From the NCBI RefSeq assembly GCF_963967315.1, contig NZ_OZ017288.1, forward strand, positions 480,001 through 512,000: a DNA stretch of 32,000 bases. Direction: 5' to 3'. The translations under genes were made by a program, and so were the position numbers. The notes under the pieces are model-generated. The model did not search any database, was not told the origin of the DNA, and worked only from the letters and a program-made list of their open reading frames with translations. This stretch comes from Candidatus Minimicrobia sp. QA0096. GTDB lineage: Bacteria > Patescibacteriota > Saccharimonadia > Saccharimonadales > Saccharimonadaceae. Positions 1 to 8,942 of the stretch are shown in pieces (the stretch's first letter is position 1; each line of letters starts with the position of its first letter).

Positions 1-1103
1 ACGGCGGCGGCGCCGAAAAAGTCGTTTTGGAAATTCATAAATTATATCCAGAAGCGCCAATTTACACTTCTTTTTGTAGCGATGAGTGGCGAGAAAGATT
101 AGACAACAAAGTCGTTACTGGTTATCTACAGCGATGGCCGTTTTCAAAAATCCGACGATTGTTACCGCTTCTTAGACAGTGGTGGTTCGCTAAGCTTGAT
201 CTTAGTGAATTTGACATTATCATCTCCAGCTCGGGAAATGGCGAGGCAAAATTCGTCCGCAAATCCAGACCAGATCAACTTCATATTTGTTATTGCCACA
301 CGCCAACGCATTTTTATTGGCGACACTACGACGAATACATCAAACGACCAAGTTTTCGTCCGCAATGGCTGGCGCGCCTAGGCTTAAAAACCCTAGTTCG
401 ACCACTGAAAAAACGAGATTTTAACGCCGCTCAGCAAGTTGATGTTTTTATTGCCAACTCTACGGGAATTCAGGCTGATATCGAAGAATTTTACCAGCGA
501 AAAAGTACGGTTATTTTTCCGCCAATTGACGTGTCGAGCTTTTCGCCGCTTGCTAAAAATCGCAAGCAAACATCCATCCCCAAAAAACCTCGCTGCCTGA
601 TTTGGGGACGAATTGTGCCAATGAAACGTCTTGATATTGCTATTAAAGCTTGTCAGAAACTTGGCTGGCAATTAGATATTATTGGAAAAGGTCCAGATGT
701 TGATAATCTAAAAAATATCGCCGATAAACATACTAATTTCTTAGGATTTGTCGATAATGCCACACGAGAAAAATACATTAAAAAAGCAGATTTGTTTATT
801 TTTTGTTCGCACGAAGATTTCGGAATTGCGCCAGTCGAAGCGTTGGCGTCTGGCATTCCAGTAGTTGCGTATGAAGCTGGCGGCGCACTTGATTATATAA
901 AACCTGAAAAAAACGGCTGGTTCTTTTCTGAGCAAACAGATTCTTCATTGATAGAAACCTTAGAGAAACTTCCAGGAAAAAAAGTTTCACCAACAAAAAT
1001 CTCAGCCACGGCCAACGAATTTTCAGCCGCAATTTTCCATAAAGCGATAAAAAATATAGTTGATAAATCATGGAAGGAACATTATCGTGAAAATCGTAAT
1101 TGA
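1..1103 (+). CDS. Glycosyltransferase family 4 (GT-B), 5'-truncated by the window edge
   Basis: The reading frame is open from base 3 (GGGAEKVVLEIHKLYPE...), so the TTG at 27 in the ORF track is probably internal. The C-terminal half has a GT4 EX7E-type motif (EDFGIAPVEALASGIPVVA). TGA stop at 1101-1103. Confidence 0.85.
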   Translation, partial: GGGAEKVVLEIHKLYPEAPIYTSFCSDEWRERLDNKVVTGYLQRWPFSKIRRLLPLLRQWWFAKLDLSEFDIIISSSGNGEAKFVRKSRPDQLHICYCHTPTHFYWRHYDEYIKRPSFRPQWLARLGLKTLVRPLKKRDFNAAQQVDVFIANSTGIQADIEEFYQRKSTVIFPPIDVSSFSPLAKNRKQTSIPKKPRCLIWGRIVPMKRLDIAIKACQKLGWQLDIIGKGPDVDNLKNIADKHTNFLGFVDNATREKYIKKADLFIFCSHEDFGIAPVEALASGIPVVAYEAGGALDYIKPEKNGWFFSEQTDSSLIETLEKLPGKKVSPTKISATANEFSAAIFHKAIKNIVDKSWKEHYRENRN

Positions 1104-2184
1104 CGCCCGAACATTAAGGACTAGTACTGGTCGGTACATCGAACGGCTGATTCATTATTTGCAGAAAATTGATAATAAAAACGATTATGTTATTCTGCTC
1201 AAGCCAAAAGACTTTGATGGTTGGCAACCAAGCAATCCAAGATTTCAGAAAGTTATTTGCCCATATAAAGAATACACTTTTGCTGAGCAAATCGGCTTTA
1301 AAAAACAACTTGAAAGTCTTCATCCAAACTTAGTACATTTTGCGATGGTTCAGCAGCCAGTTCTATATAATTCCAGTCCAGTTGTTACTACGATGCAAGA
1401 TTTGACCACTGTCAGGTTTAAGAATCCAGATAAAAATCCTGTCATTTTCTGGATCAAACAGCAAGTTTATAAATGGGTCAATAAAAAAGTTGCGAAAAAA
1501 TCTTCGCACATCATCACAATTTCTAACTTCGTAAAAAATGATTTGATTAAATTCACCGGCGTAAACCCAGAGAAAATTACTGTAACTTTGGAATCTGCGG
1601 ATGAGTTACCAAAAGGAAACGAACCTGTTGACGAGTTAATTGGCAAAAAATTCATTATGTATATCGGTAGACCAACACCACATAAAAACCTTCGACGACT
1701 AATCGACGCATTTGCTTTGTTACAGAAAAAATATCCAGATTTAACACTGGCTTTGGCAGGTAAAAAAGATAGCAATTACGCTCGCCACGAGACATATGTA
1801 AATGAACATGGAATTAAAAATGTTGTGTTTACCGGCTTTATATCAGACGAGCAATTGCGCTGGATGTACGAAAATACGGCAGTTTATTGCTTCCCTTCGC
1901 TCAGTGAAGGATTTGGTTTGCCAGGGTTAGAGGCGATGCTACACGGCGCGCCAGTCGCTTCGAGCACAGCCACTTGCTTGCCAGAAACCCACAGTGATGC
2001 TGCTCACTATTTTAACCCTTTCAGTGTCGAGGACATAGCAAAATCAATTGATGACATCTTATCTGATGACAAATTACGCAATGAACTCGTTAAAAAAGGC
2101 AAGAAACATGTTAAGACATTTTCATGGCAGCGCATGGCCGAGCAAACTTTGGTTGTATATGAAAAATATGGTCGGAAAAGTTGA
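1087..2184 (+). CDS. Glycosyltransferase family 4
   Basis: EX7E motif (EGFGLPGLEAMLHGAPVAS) and the typical N-terminus VKIVIDARTL. I prefer the GTG at 1087, which has GGAAGGA 8 nt upstream, over the TTG at 1060 in the ORF track. It overlaps the upstream gene by 17 nt. Confidence 0.85.
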   Translation: MKIVIDARTLRTSTGRYIERLIHYLQKIDNKNDYVILLKPKDFDGWQPSNPRFQKVICPYKEYTFAEQIGFKKQLESLHPNLVHFAMVQQPVLYNSSPVVTTMQDLTTVRFKNPDKNPVIFWIKQQVYKWVNKKVAKKSSHIITISNFVKNDLIKFTGVNPEKITVTLESADELPKGNEPVDELIGKKFIMYIGRPTPHKNLRRLIDAFALLQKKYPDLTLALAGKKDSNYARHETYVNEHGIKNVVFTGFISDEQLRWMYENTAVYCFPSLSEGFGLPGLEAMLHGAPVASSTATCLPETHSDAAHYFNPFSVEDIAKSIDDILSDDKLRNELVKKGKKHVKTFSWQRMAEQTLVVYEKYGRKS

Positions 2185-2186
2185 GG

Positions 2187-3230
2187 TTAAGCCTGAAGTT
2201 TCTTAGCTATATCGCCACATTTAGCCGCAACATCCCTGCGCGCTACTAGTACACCATCGGGCGTATTGACGACTACCACGTTATCAAGACCGATTACCGC
2301 TACTGGTTTATCTGGTTGTTCATTGCGAATGTAAGTGTTGTCAATGTCGATAGTATGAATATTCTCGCCACGAACATAATTGTCGTTTTCGTCCTTAGCT
2401 ACCGCATTATGCAGGTCCTTGAAATTGCCAATATCCATCCAGTCAAAGTCAGCCGACACTACCGCCAACTCAGCCGCTTTCTCGATAAGAGCAATGTCAA
2501 TAACTTGATTATCAAGCTCTAAGTACGTCCTATTGTATTCTTCGCCACCAAACTCAGCAACGGAAGCTAAGGTTTGATAATTTGACCACAAATCAGGAGC
2601 ACTTCGTTTCATTTCATTCATAAAAACGTCAACTGAGCCAACAAAATAACCACAGTTCCACAAATAGTTCCCCGACTCAACATATTGCTTCGCCGTATCA
2701 TAATTAGGCTTTTCTTTGAACGACTCAACGTTATAAACACCCGCTCGAGCATCAATCACACCATCACGCTGAATGTAGCCAAATCCAGTCGACGGGAAAG
2801 TAGGCTCAATACCGATAAGCGTAATGCAGCCGCGGTCACTAGAAACGCGCGCCGCCGTATCGAACGAATGGGCAAAACCTTGAATATCGCGGACGTTGTG
2901 ATCAGAATGAATAAAAGCAATAGGCTCAGTGTGATCATGATTACGATTGATATAATCTAAGGCAAATATAATACAATGCGCAGTCCCTCGTCGCCCTGGC
3001 TCAATCAAAAACGCTTCGTCTGGCAATTCTGGCAGTTGCGCTCTAAGCGCTTCAGCGTGACTGGCTTCAGTTACTACATAAACCGTATCACCAAGCTTCC
3101 TCGCTCGATCATAAGCTTGCTGAACCATAGTACGTTCACTGGTCAATGCTAAAAGTTGTTTCGGTTGAGTAGAGGTTGAAAGCGGCCATAGACGCGTACC
3201 TGAGCCACCAGCAATTATTACAGTTATCAT
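2187..3230 (-). CDS. manC: Mannose-1-phosphate guanylyltransferase (nucleotidyltransferase domain only, no PMI/cupin domain)
   Basis: N-terminal MITVIIAGGSGTRLWPLS...PKQLL and EPGRRGTAHCI motifs are typical of ManC/CpsB-type GDP-mannose pyrophosphorylases. 347 aa. Confidence 0.8.
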   Translation of the reverse strand: MITVIIAGGSGTRLWPLSTSTQPKQLLALTSERTMVQQAYDRARKLGDTVYVVTEASHAEALRAQLPELPDEAFLIEPGRRGTAHCIIFALDYINRNHDHTEPIAFIHSDHNVRDIQGFAHSFDTAARVSSDRGCITLIGIEPTFPSTGFGYIQRDGVIDARAGVYNVESFKEKPNYDTAKQYVESGNYLWNCGYFVGSVDVFMNEMKRSAPDLWSNYQTLASVAEFGGEEYNRTYLELDNQVIDIALIEKAAELAVVSADFDWMDIGNFKDLHNAVAKDENDNYVRGENIHTIDIDNTYIRNEQPDKPVAVIGLDNVVVVNTPDGVLVARRDVAAKCGDIAKKLQA

Positions 3231-3237
3231 ACTACAT

Positions 3238-3243
3238 ATTATA
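3238..3243 (-). promoter_or_regulatory. TATAAT 7 nt upstream of the manC ATG
   Basis: The minus strand reads aatcgcTATAATatgtagtATG with no Shine-Dalgarno. Confidence 0.45.
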
Positions 3244-3296
3244 GCGATTTAAGCACATAAATGCTATCTGTTTCTAGGCAAGATCTTAGAGTGAAA

Positions 3297-4112
3297 TCAT
3301 TCAAAAATATTCCGCACAAACGAAACGGCATCTTCCACACGCTTCACGTTCTCACCCTGCTCGCCTGGACGCATCTCAATTGAAACAACACCGCTATAAT
3401 CAATACTTTTTAACGCATCAGCTGCGGAACGATAATCAACATCATCACGATCGTAAACTCGATCCAACATAGGAGCGCTAATATGGAAATGTTTCAATAT
3501 ATCGCCATTATCTTGTATTGATTTGCTAATATCATCGCCCGCTAGAGCCATACATGCAGTATCAAGATGCAGACCAATTCCTTCCGAGTTAATTGTGCGA
3601 ACAAGTCGTGCACCCTCATCCGCCGTTGTTATATAATCACAATTATATTGAGGAGCATTTGGCTCAATACAAAGCATCGTATTATATTGCTTAGCGACAT
3701 CACCAAGCTCAGAGAAAAAGCGATTGGCAATATTATCCGCCTCTTCTGTCGACATTCCGCCTCGCTGTCTATTCTTTGGCGAGCCAAAAACTAATCGACT
3801 AGCGCCCATATCGCCAGCTAATCGCAAAAAATCAGCGAGGTATTGACGTGTTTCATCACGAAGCTCGCTTGATTCAAACATTTTAAGATCAGGTCGCGCA
3901 AATAACATCGACTGAAAAGCTACAATCTCAATATCGTATTTCTTCCACCATTCGATATATTCATTGATCTGTTCAATAGTAGCCTTAGTTGGGTCACTCC
4001 AAATCTTAGTTGGCGCAATCTCAATATAACGCACGCCAAGCTCTTGCAGTTTCGCCGCAACGTCCGCCTCTTCTTCGTTAGTCCAGGCAATATTTGATAT
4101 AGCTAATTTCAT
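3297..4112 (-). CDS. Sugar phosphate isomerase/epimerase, xylose-isomerase-like TIM barrel (AP endonuclease 2 family)
   Basis: 271 aa. The pattern of beta-strand-end acidic and His residues (IEIAP, LVFGSP, CIEPN, LHLDTAC, HFHIS, SIEM) is typical of this TIM-barrel family. Substrate unknown. Confidence 0.65.
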   Translation of the reverse strand: MKLAISNIAWTNEEEADVAAKLQELGVRYIEIAPTKIWSDPTKATIEQINEYIEWWKKYDIEIVAFQSMLFARPDLKMFESSELRDETRQYLADFLRLAGDMGASRLVFGSPKNRQRGGMSTEEADNIANRFFSELGDVAKQYNTMLCIEPNAPQYNCDYITTADEGARLVRTINSEGIGLHLDTACMALAGDDISKSIQDNGDILKHFHISAPMLDRVYDRDDVDYRSAADALKSIDYSGVVSIEMRPGEQGENVKRVEDAVSFVRNIFE

Positions 4113-4115
4113 ACC

Positions 4116-4877
4116 TTACCTACTTCTTGCAACAAACTTTTTAATATCATCTAACTCTTGTTCTTTTGTATAGAGATATTCTCCTTCACCTCCATAAACA
4201 GACGCGTATTTACTATGCATATCCCAATATGCGGGATTTATTCCCTCTGGCTTGTTGGTAAAATCTATACCAAAAGCAACCTTCGCAACTTCTCGCGTAC
4301 TGACTGGTGGCGTAGCAAGGTTGACCAATGGTAAATTATTCTCCAAAGCAATGTTAATATCTCGCCAGATGTTATCAAGATTATAATATTGGTACATACC
4401 ATCAGCGTGTATTTTTTCAACCATATTGTTATTCATAAGATCATAAATAACATTCTTCTTCAAACCGTCACCGAATAAACCCGGCAAGCGGACAATAGTC
4501 GTATCAAAATTCTCGCGACAAAATTGCTCAAGATAATACCTGTTAACTCCGTATGGCAATAGACCTTCTGTTTCAATGGGCGTATCTTCATTGGCACCAT
4601 TTGGATTTTTATAAACTCCAACTGTTGAAATTAGCACAAGTTTCTTAATTTTCGCCTTTTCGATGTGCGATATAAAATCTTCAATTTCTGCACGATCAAC
4701 TTCTGGCTCTTGATTAATTCGCCACATCTCAGCACGATTCGCAGCGCTAACCACGAGATCGTACTCTTTACCTTCAATATCAGATATGTTCTTACTATTA
4801 TAATAATCGTCAAACTCGTGTTGGTTCTTAATATTTCCGCCAACAAATCCAGTGTATCCAATCAGTGCAGTTTTCAT
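4116..4877 (-). CDS. Short NAD(P)-binding epimerase/reductase-like protein (Rossmann, SDR-related)
   Basis: N-terminal MKTALIGYTGFVGGNI glycine-rich dinucleotide-binding motif. 253 aa. AGGAGG Shine-Dalgarno 10 nt upstream. It ends 3 nt before the TIM-barrel gene. Confidence 0.6.
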   Translation of the reverse strand: MKTALIGYTGFVGGNIKNQHEFDDYYNSKNISDIEGKEYDLVVSAANRAEMWRINQEPEVDRAEIEDFISHIEKAKIKKLVLISTVGVYKNPNGANEDTPIETEGLLPYGVNRYYLEQFCRENFDTTIVRLPGLFGDGLKKNVIYDLMNNNMVEKIHADGMYQYYNLDNIWRDINIALENNLPLVNLATPPVSTREVAKVAFGIDFTNKPEGINPAYWDMHSKYASVYGGEGEYLYTKEQELDDIKKFVARSR

Positions 4878-4982
4878 TAATATAATTCCTCCTATATTTA
4901 TTATAGTAGATTTTATATAAAAGACATAACACTAGTTAGTATAGACATATCCCTGATATCAATTTAGAATAGTTTAAGTAAT

Positions 4983-7097
4983 ATGAATATACGTAAGACT
5001 CTAAGTAATATAAATCTTAAACGAGCGCTACTTTTTACTGCAGTATTTGTAAGTGTCGTTTACATACTAGTTTTTGTAATTTTCGCTACGCTTGCGGCAT
5101 TAGGAAACGGCTTAGCTATGGATTCGTATGCAGCCAATGGAACTTTCCAATTATACAACCCGCTCCGTCGCCTATTGGACGGTGAAGTTCTGGCACGAGA
5201 TTTCCCATTCTTTCACGGAGTCGGAGTTCCACTTCTTCATTTTCCATTATTTTATATTATGGGACACAATTTATTCGCCGTGGAAGTTGCAAAATTGTTA
5301 GTATCGCCAATATTATTCCTCGTTTCGTCCTTTTTCCTGTTTTGGGCTTATTTTAGAAATGTTAAAAAATCCATCTTCGCAACCAGCATATTCACAATAA
5401 TCTCTATTGACGCTATTGACGCTATTTGGGCAGGCAATTCTCTTCTCGGTCTCAGGACAACATTTCCGTTTATCGCTACGGCTTTCATGTTATGGCGTCC
5501 AAATTGGCAAATGACTATTGGCAAAAATAAAATTAACCTCTATTATCCTATTTTATATACAATTATGGGGCTTTCCGTCGCGTGCGGCACCGAACAAGGA
5601 CTAGCCTTTATTCTTGCTTACGTTATCATTAAAGCCATTCGATACATTCGCTCAAAAGAAACTACAAAGAAAAAGATAATGATGTTTTTCGGAGAGTTGT
5701 TTGGTGTGGCAATTGCAGTTTACGCCGTATTATCAATTATGACGCTCGGTCATGCACACGACGCGCTTCGCTACGCATTGATTGAAGTTCCTAAAGACCA
5801 AGGGTGGTATTTTGGGGCTCCTCCAAATAGTTTTCTGCAATTAAATACTCTTGACCAGCTCGTCACAAAAAGAATGTTACTTTATATGTTACCTGTTATG
5901 ATAGGTGGAGTTGTTGCGTATATAATAAGCATAAAGAAAAAGATATTATCCAAAAAAGAATTTTCCACCTTTTCTATATTATTACTGTATGGAATTATAG
6001 TGTTCGCCGTCTCCATAACTGGCTACTGGGCGCCTGGCGCGCAACTTATACCATTAGAAAGAGCTGCGGGATCTATTCTTGTAATGGTCTTAATTTACGC
6101 GGCGGATAAAATAATCCGAACAAAGAAGCCGAACGTTAATGCTATAAATAAGAAAATTTCGTTTATAGCATTCGGATTACTACTCGGCTGCGTAGTTGCT
6201 ATTGGATACAACACGGCAATATTCCTGCAAAAAATCAGCTGGATGCCAGTAAAACACATTGTCACCGAATCAAGGAAGGCTAGACATTCTACTGACGACT
6301 CTGAATACGTGAGCGTTGCGTGGAAAAAGCGATTAGAGGCTTTTGCGCCGTACATTAAAAATGGTGCTAGTATCTGGTCTACTTATACCAGCGTTTACGA
6401 CTCTATTCACAAGCAGAAAAACGGATCTTCGGGAGGTGAAGACTACATTATACATGCATTAGGTCCTGATAGAAGAGATAAATATACTGAAGATTTTATA
6501 GAACAGAAACCCGATTACGTCATAACATTAAATCCGTCATATTTCGTTTACGAAGAATGGCTATGGTCGCGTCATTGGCAATTTTACAAAGAACTTTTGA
6601 ATAATTATACCGTAATTGCGACAAATGATTCTCACGTATTATGGAAACGCCAATCCGATAGCGCAAACCAAAAAACCACGATACACCCAGAACGTCGCGT
6701 GCAAAAATCTTCAAATGGAGATTACGTCATTAATGCCGACACTGGCAATAATATTAGAGTGTTTGAGATATCTGTGCGTTACAAGGCAAAAAGTATCTTA
6801 CCTATGACCTCTAAGTTGCCGAGATATCTATTAGAAATATCTGGATCGTCGCTACAGGAATATCCAATATCACTGCCACCGTATAGCACTAGTTGGAGTT
6901 TTCCAATAGCACTAGGACCAAACGACTCATCTGTACGAATCTCACCTAAAGCCTACAGTTTGATACCGGGAGTTTCGTTCGAAATACAAGACATATCTTA
7001 CCGCGAGATGCCTGTTAGAGAAGATAACTTATATATCTATAAGAGTAACTTCTGCCTACATAACGCCGATAAATGCACAGAAACTAATAAACACTAA
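4983..7097 (+). CDS. Large polytopic membrane protein with a ~285-aa C-terminal non-membrane domain; possible GT-C-type glycosyltransferase or polymerase
   Basis: 704 aa. Many hydrophobic helices span roughly aa 15-416. An acidic/aromatic first loop (RRLLDGEVLARDFPFFHG) resembles GT-C loop-1 motifs. The remainder (DNA ~6240-7097) is hydrophilic. The functional call is inference. Confidence 0.45.
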   Translation: MNIRKTLSNINLKRALLFTAVFVSVVYILVFVIFATLAALGNGLAMDSYAANGTFQLYNPLRRLLDGEVLARDFPFFHGVGVPLLHFPLFYIMGHNLFAVEVAKLLVSPILFLVSSFFLFWAYFRNVKKSIFATSIFTIISIDAIDAIWAGNSLLGLRTTFPFIATAFMLWRPNWQMTIGKNKINLYYPILYTIMGLSVACGTEQGLAFILAYVIIKAIRYIRSKETTKKKIMMFFGELFGVAIAVYAVLSIMTLGHAHDALRYALIEVPKDQGWYFGAPPNSFLQLNTLDQLVTKRMLLYMLPVMIGGVVAYIISIKKKILSKKEFSTFSILLLYGIIVFAVSITGYWAPGAQLIPLERAAGSILVMVLIYAADKIIRTKKPNVNAINKKISFIAFGLLLGCVVAIGYNTAIFLQKISWMPVKHIVTESRKARHSTDDSEYVSVAWKKRLEAFAPYIKNGASIWSTYTSVYDSIHKQKNGSSGGEDYIIHALGPDRRDKYTEDFIEQKPDYVITLNPSYFVYEEWLWSRHWQFYKELLNNYTVIATNDSHVLWKRQSDSANQKTTIHPERRVQKSSNGDYVINADTGNNIRVFEISVRYKAKSILPMTSKLPRYLLEISGSSLQEYPISLPPYSTSWSFPIALGPNDSSVRISPKAYSLIPGVSFEIQDISYREMPVREDNLYIYKSNFCLHNADKCTETNKH

Positions 7098-7123
7098 CTT
7101 CAATAATAATTATCGCAAGTAGA

Positions 7124-7948
7124 CTATTTTTTAGGCTTGCGATATTTTCCAGCCACCGCACGAAGTAGTACGTTCATAACGTGCATATTCCCCTTGATTG
7201 GGCTAATCTTCGTTGGTGTTTTACCCTTCTTCGGATATGTTCGCACAACTGGTGTTTCAGCTGTTTTGTACTGCTTACGACGGCTACTTTCAATAGCGAG
7301 ATAGTAATGAAGTTCGTAAGTTTGAAATATATCACGAAATACAGCAATGTCTGGATCTTTGAGCAATTTTGCACTATAAGCACGGAATCCATTTGTCGTA
7401 TCGGTATGTCTTTTTCCAGCCGCAAGACTTATTAATGGTGCGTGAATAAGATGAAGACCAACTTCCCTCGAGAGCGGCGTATTTACAGCCTTGCCGCCTG
7501 GTATAAATCGTGATCCTTGAATATGGTCATATCCTTGGTCAAGCAATTTGATGAAGTTAGGAATTCTTTCTATACTATCCTTGCCATTTCCATCAACGAC
7601 CACAACGCCCTCATAACCTTCAGAGAGAGCCCAAGCAAATGCCATTCTCATCTGCGCGCTCAGTTTACCCTTACCTTTTTTCGTCAATAAAGCTCGCACA
7701 TCTTGAGACTTTAGAAAATCAATTCCAAGCGACCCGTCAGTACTTCCGCCGTCAGCCACCACGATATCGATTTGGTCAGCCAGCGGTTTCATTTTCTGTA
7801 GCTGTTTTTGAATGCGCTCTCCTTCATTGATAACAAAAACACACACGCAATATTTATGCTTCTTTTTGTTTATCTCATCAATTTCAAACTCTGGAAATTC
7901 CCATTCTGGATGTAATTGGTTTATTTTCTCAGAAGTTATTTTGCTCAT
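7124..7948 (-). CDS. Glycosyltransferase family 2, soluble DPM1/GtrB-like catalytic domain
   Basis: Motifs VVADGGSTDGS, VVVVDGNGKD and DTTNGFRAY. I prefer the ATG at 7948 (GGAG 7 nt upstream, no overlap with the upstream gene) to the ORF-track start at 7987. Confidence 0.8.
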   Translation of the reverse strand: MSKITSEKINQLHPEWEFPEFEIDEINKKKHKYCVCVFVINEGERIQKQLQKMKPLADQIDIVVADGGSTDGSLGIDFLKSQDVRALLTKKGKGKLSAQMRMAFAWALSEGYEGVVVVDGNGKDSIERIPNFIKLLDQGYDHIQGSRFIPGGKAVNTPLSREVGLHLIHAPLISLAAGKRHTDTTNGFRAYSAKLLKDPDIAVFRDIFQTYELHYYLAIESSRRKQYKTAETPVVRTYPKKGKTPTKISPIKGNMHVMNVLLRAVAGKYRKPKK

Positions 7949-7952
7949 ATTA

Positions 7953-8942
7953 TTACTCCGAAAGATTTTTTCTTTCTGTATCGGCAATAGATACCGTACT
8001 GCTTAATTCATCCATCACTATATATGAAGCATCGTCTCGCGCCTCTTTAAGTATTTTTCCAACATATTCCGCTAATACAACCAAAAACATAAATAGCAAG
8101 AAAAACATCACAGAAAGCTGCAAGGACATAGTTGTCCATCCCGCAGCCACGTCGCGCTTAAATACTGATACGCAAACAACGTATAATGCGTAAATTAGAT
8201 TAATAACACTAGCACCAACACCAACCCACGACATAGCCCTTAGCGGTTGGGTGGAGTGGCTAGCTGCTATATCTATAGCCTCCAACACTCCCGTGCGCAG
8301 TTTACGTGTCTTTACTGGGTCTACTTTCACTTCATAGCTATATTCCGCACACTTATATCCAATTTGACGAATCAAATGACGAATATGTCCATCGTGCCTA
8401 TTTGTAGTAGAAACAGCTTTTACTGCACGCCTACTGAGCGCGATAAAATATGTCGCAGCGGCAGGAATATCAACACCGAGATATCGACGGTTGTACCAAT
8501 AAAATGTTCGCCTACCTAAATCATCTTTCTTTGTGTGGTTAGTTGCTATTCCATTAACGATGTCATATTTCTTGTTTTCTTCGACGATAGAAGGTATGGC
8601 GTCTATCGGGTCAATTGCTGGGTTAGTCAGTACTACATAATCTCCGATTGCCCCCTGAATACCAGCCATAAGAGCGATATCATAACTATATTCCCTAGAC
8701 AGACGAATTAAGCGTATGCACGGCAGCATCTTCAATATATCTATTACTTCTTTTACAACTTCTGGCTTCAATTCATTATCTATCACGATGATTTCGTAAT
8801 TTTCATAACTACCACCAAGTAATTTCGATAAATCCGTTAAATATTCGCCCAAGCCAGTATAGTTACGATCAACTCCAACCACAACAGATACAAAAATATC
8901 TTGTTTCTTTACAGTTTTATTAGTTTGCTTTTTCTTGACCAT
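7953..8942 (-). CDS. GtrB/DPM1-like family 2 glycosyltransferase homologue with C-terminal TM helices and degenerate acidic motifs
   Basis: It aligns along its length with the in-window GtrB-like protein at 22276-23223 (LSREYSYDIALMAGI vs LSRNFGKEIAMIAGI; QPLRAMS vs APLRMAT; two C-terminal TM helices then EYVGKI vs EYVGRI). However, NDGS, DAD and GDFRL are replaced by DNEL, NPA and TYFIAL. GAGGAGG Shine-Dalgarno 4 nt upstream. Confidence 0.7.
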   Translation of the reverse strand: MVKKKQTNKTVKKQDIFVSVVVGVDRNYTGLGEYLTDLSKLLGGSYENYEIIVIDNELKPEVVKEVIDILKMLPCIRLIRLSREYSYDIALMAGIQGAIGDYVVLTNPAIDPIDAIPSIVEENKKYDIVNGIATNHTKKDDLGRRTFYWYNRRYLGVDIPAAATYFIALSRRAVKAVSTTNRHDGHIRHLIRQIGYKCAEYSYEVKVDPVKTRKLRTGVLEAIDIAASHSTQPLRAMSWVGVGASVINLIYALYVVCVSVFKRDVAAGWTTMSLQLSVMFFLLFMFLVVLAEYVGKILKEARDDASYIVMDELSSTVSIADTERKNLSE

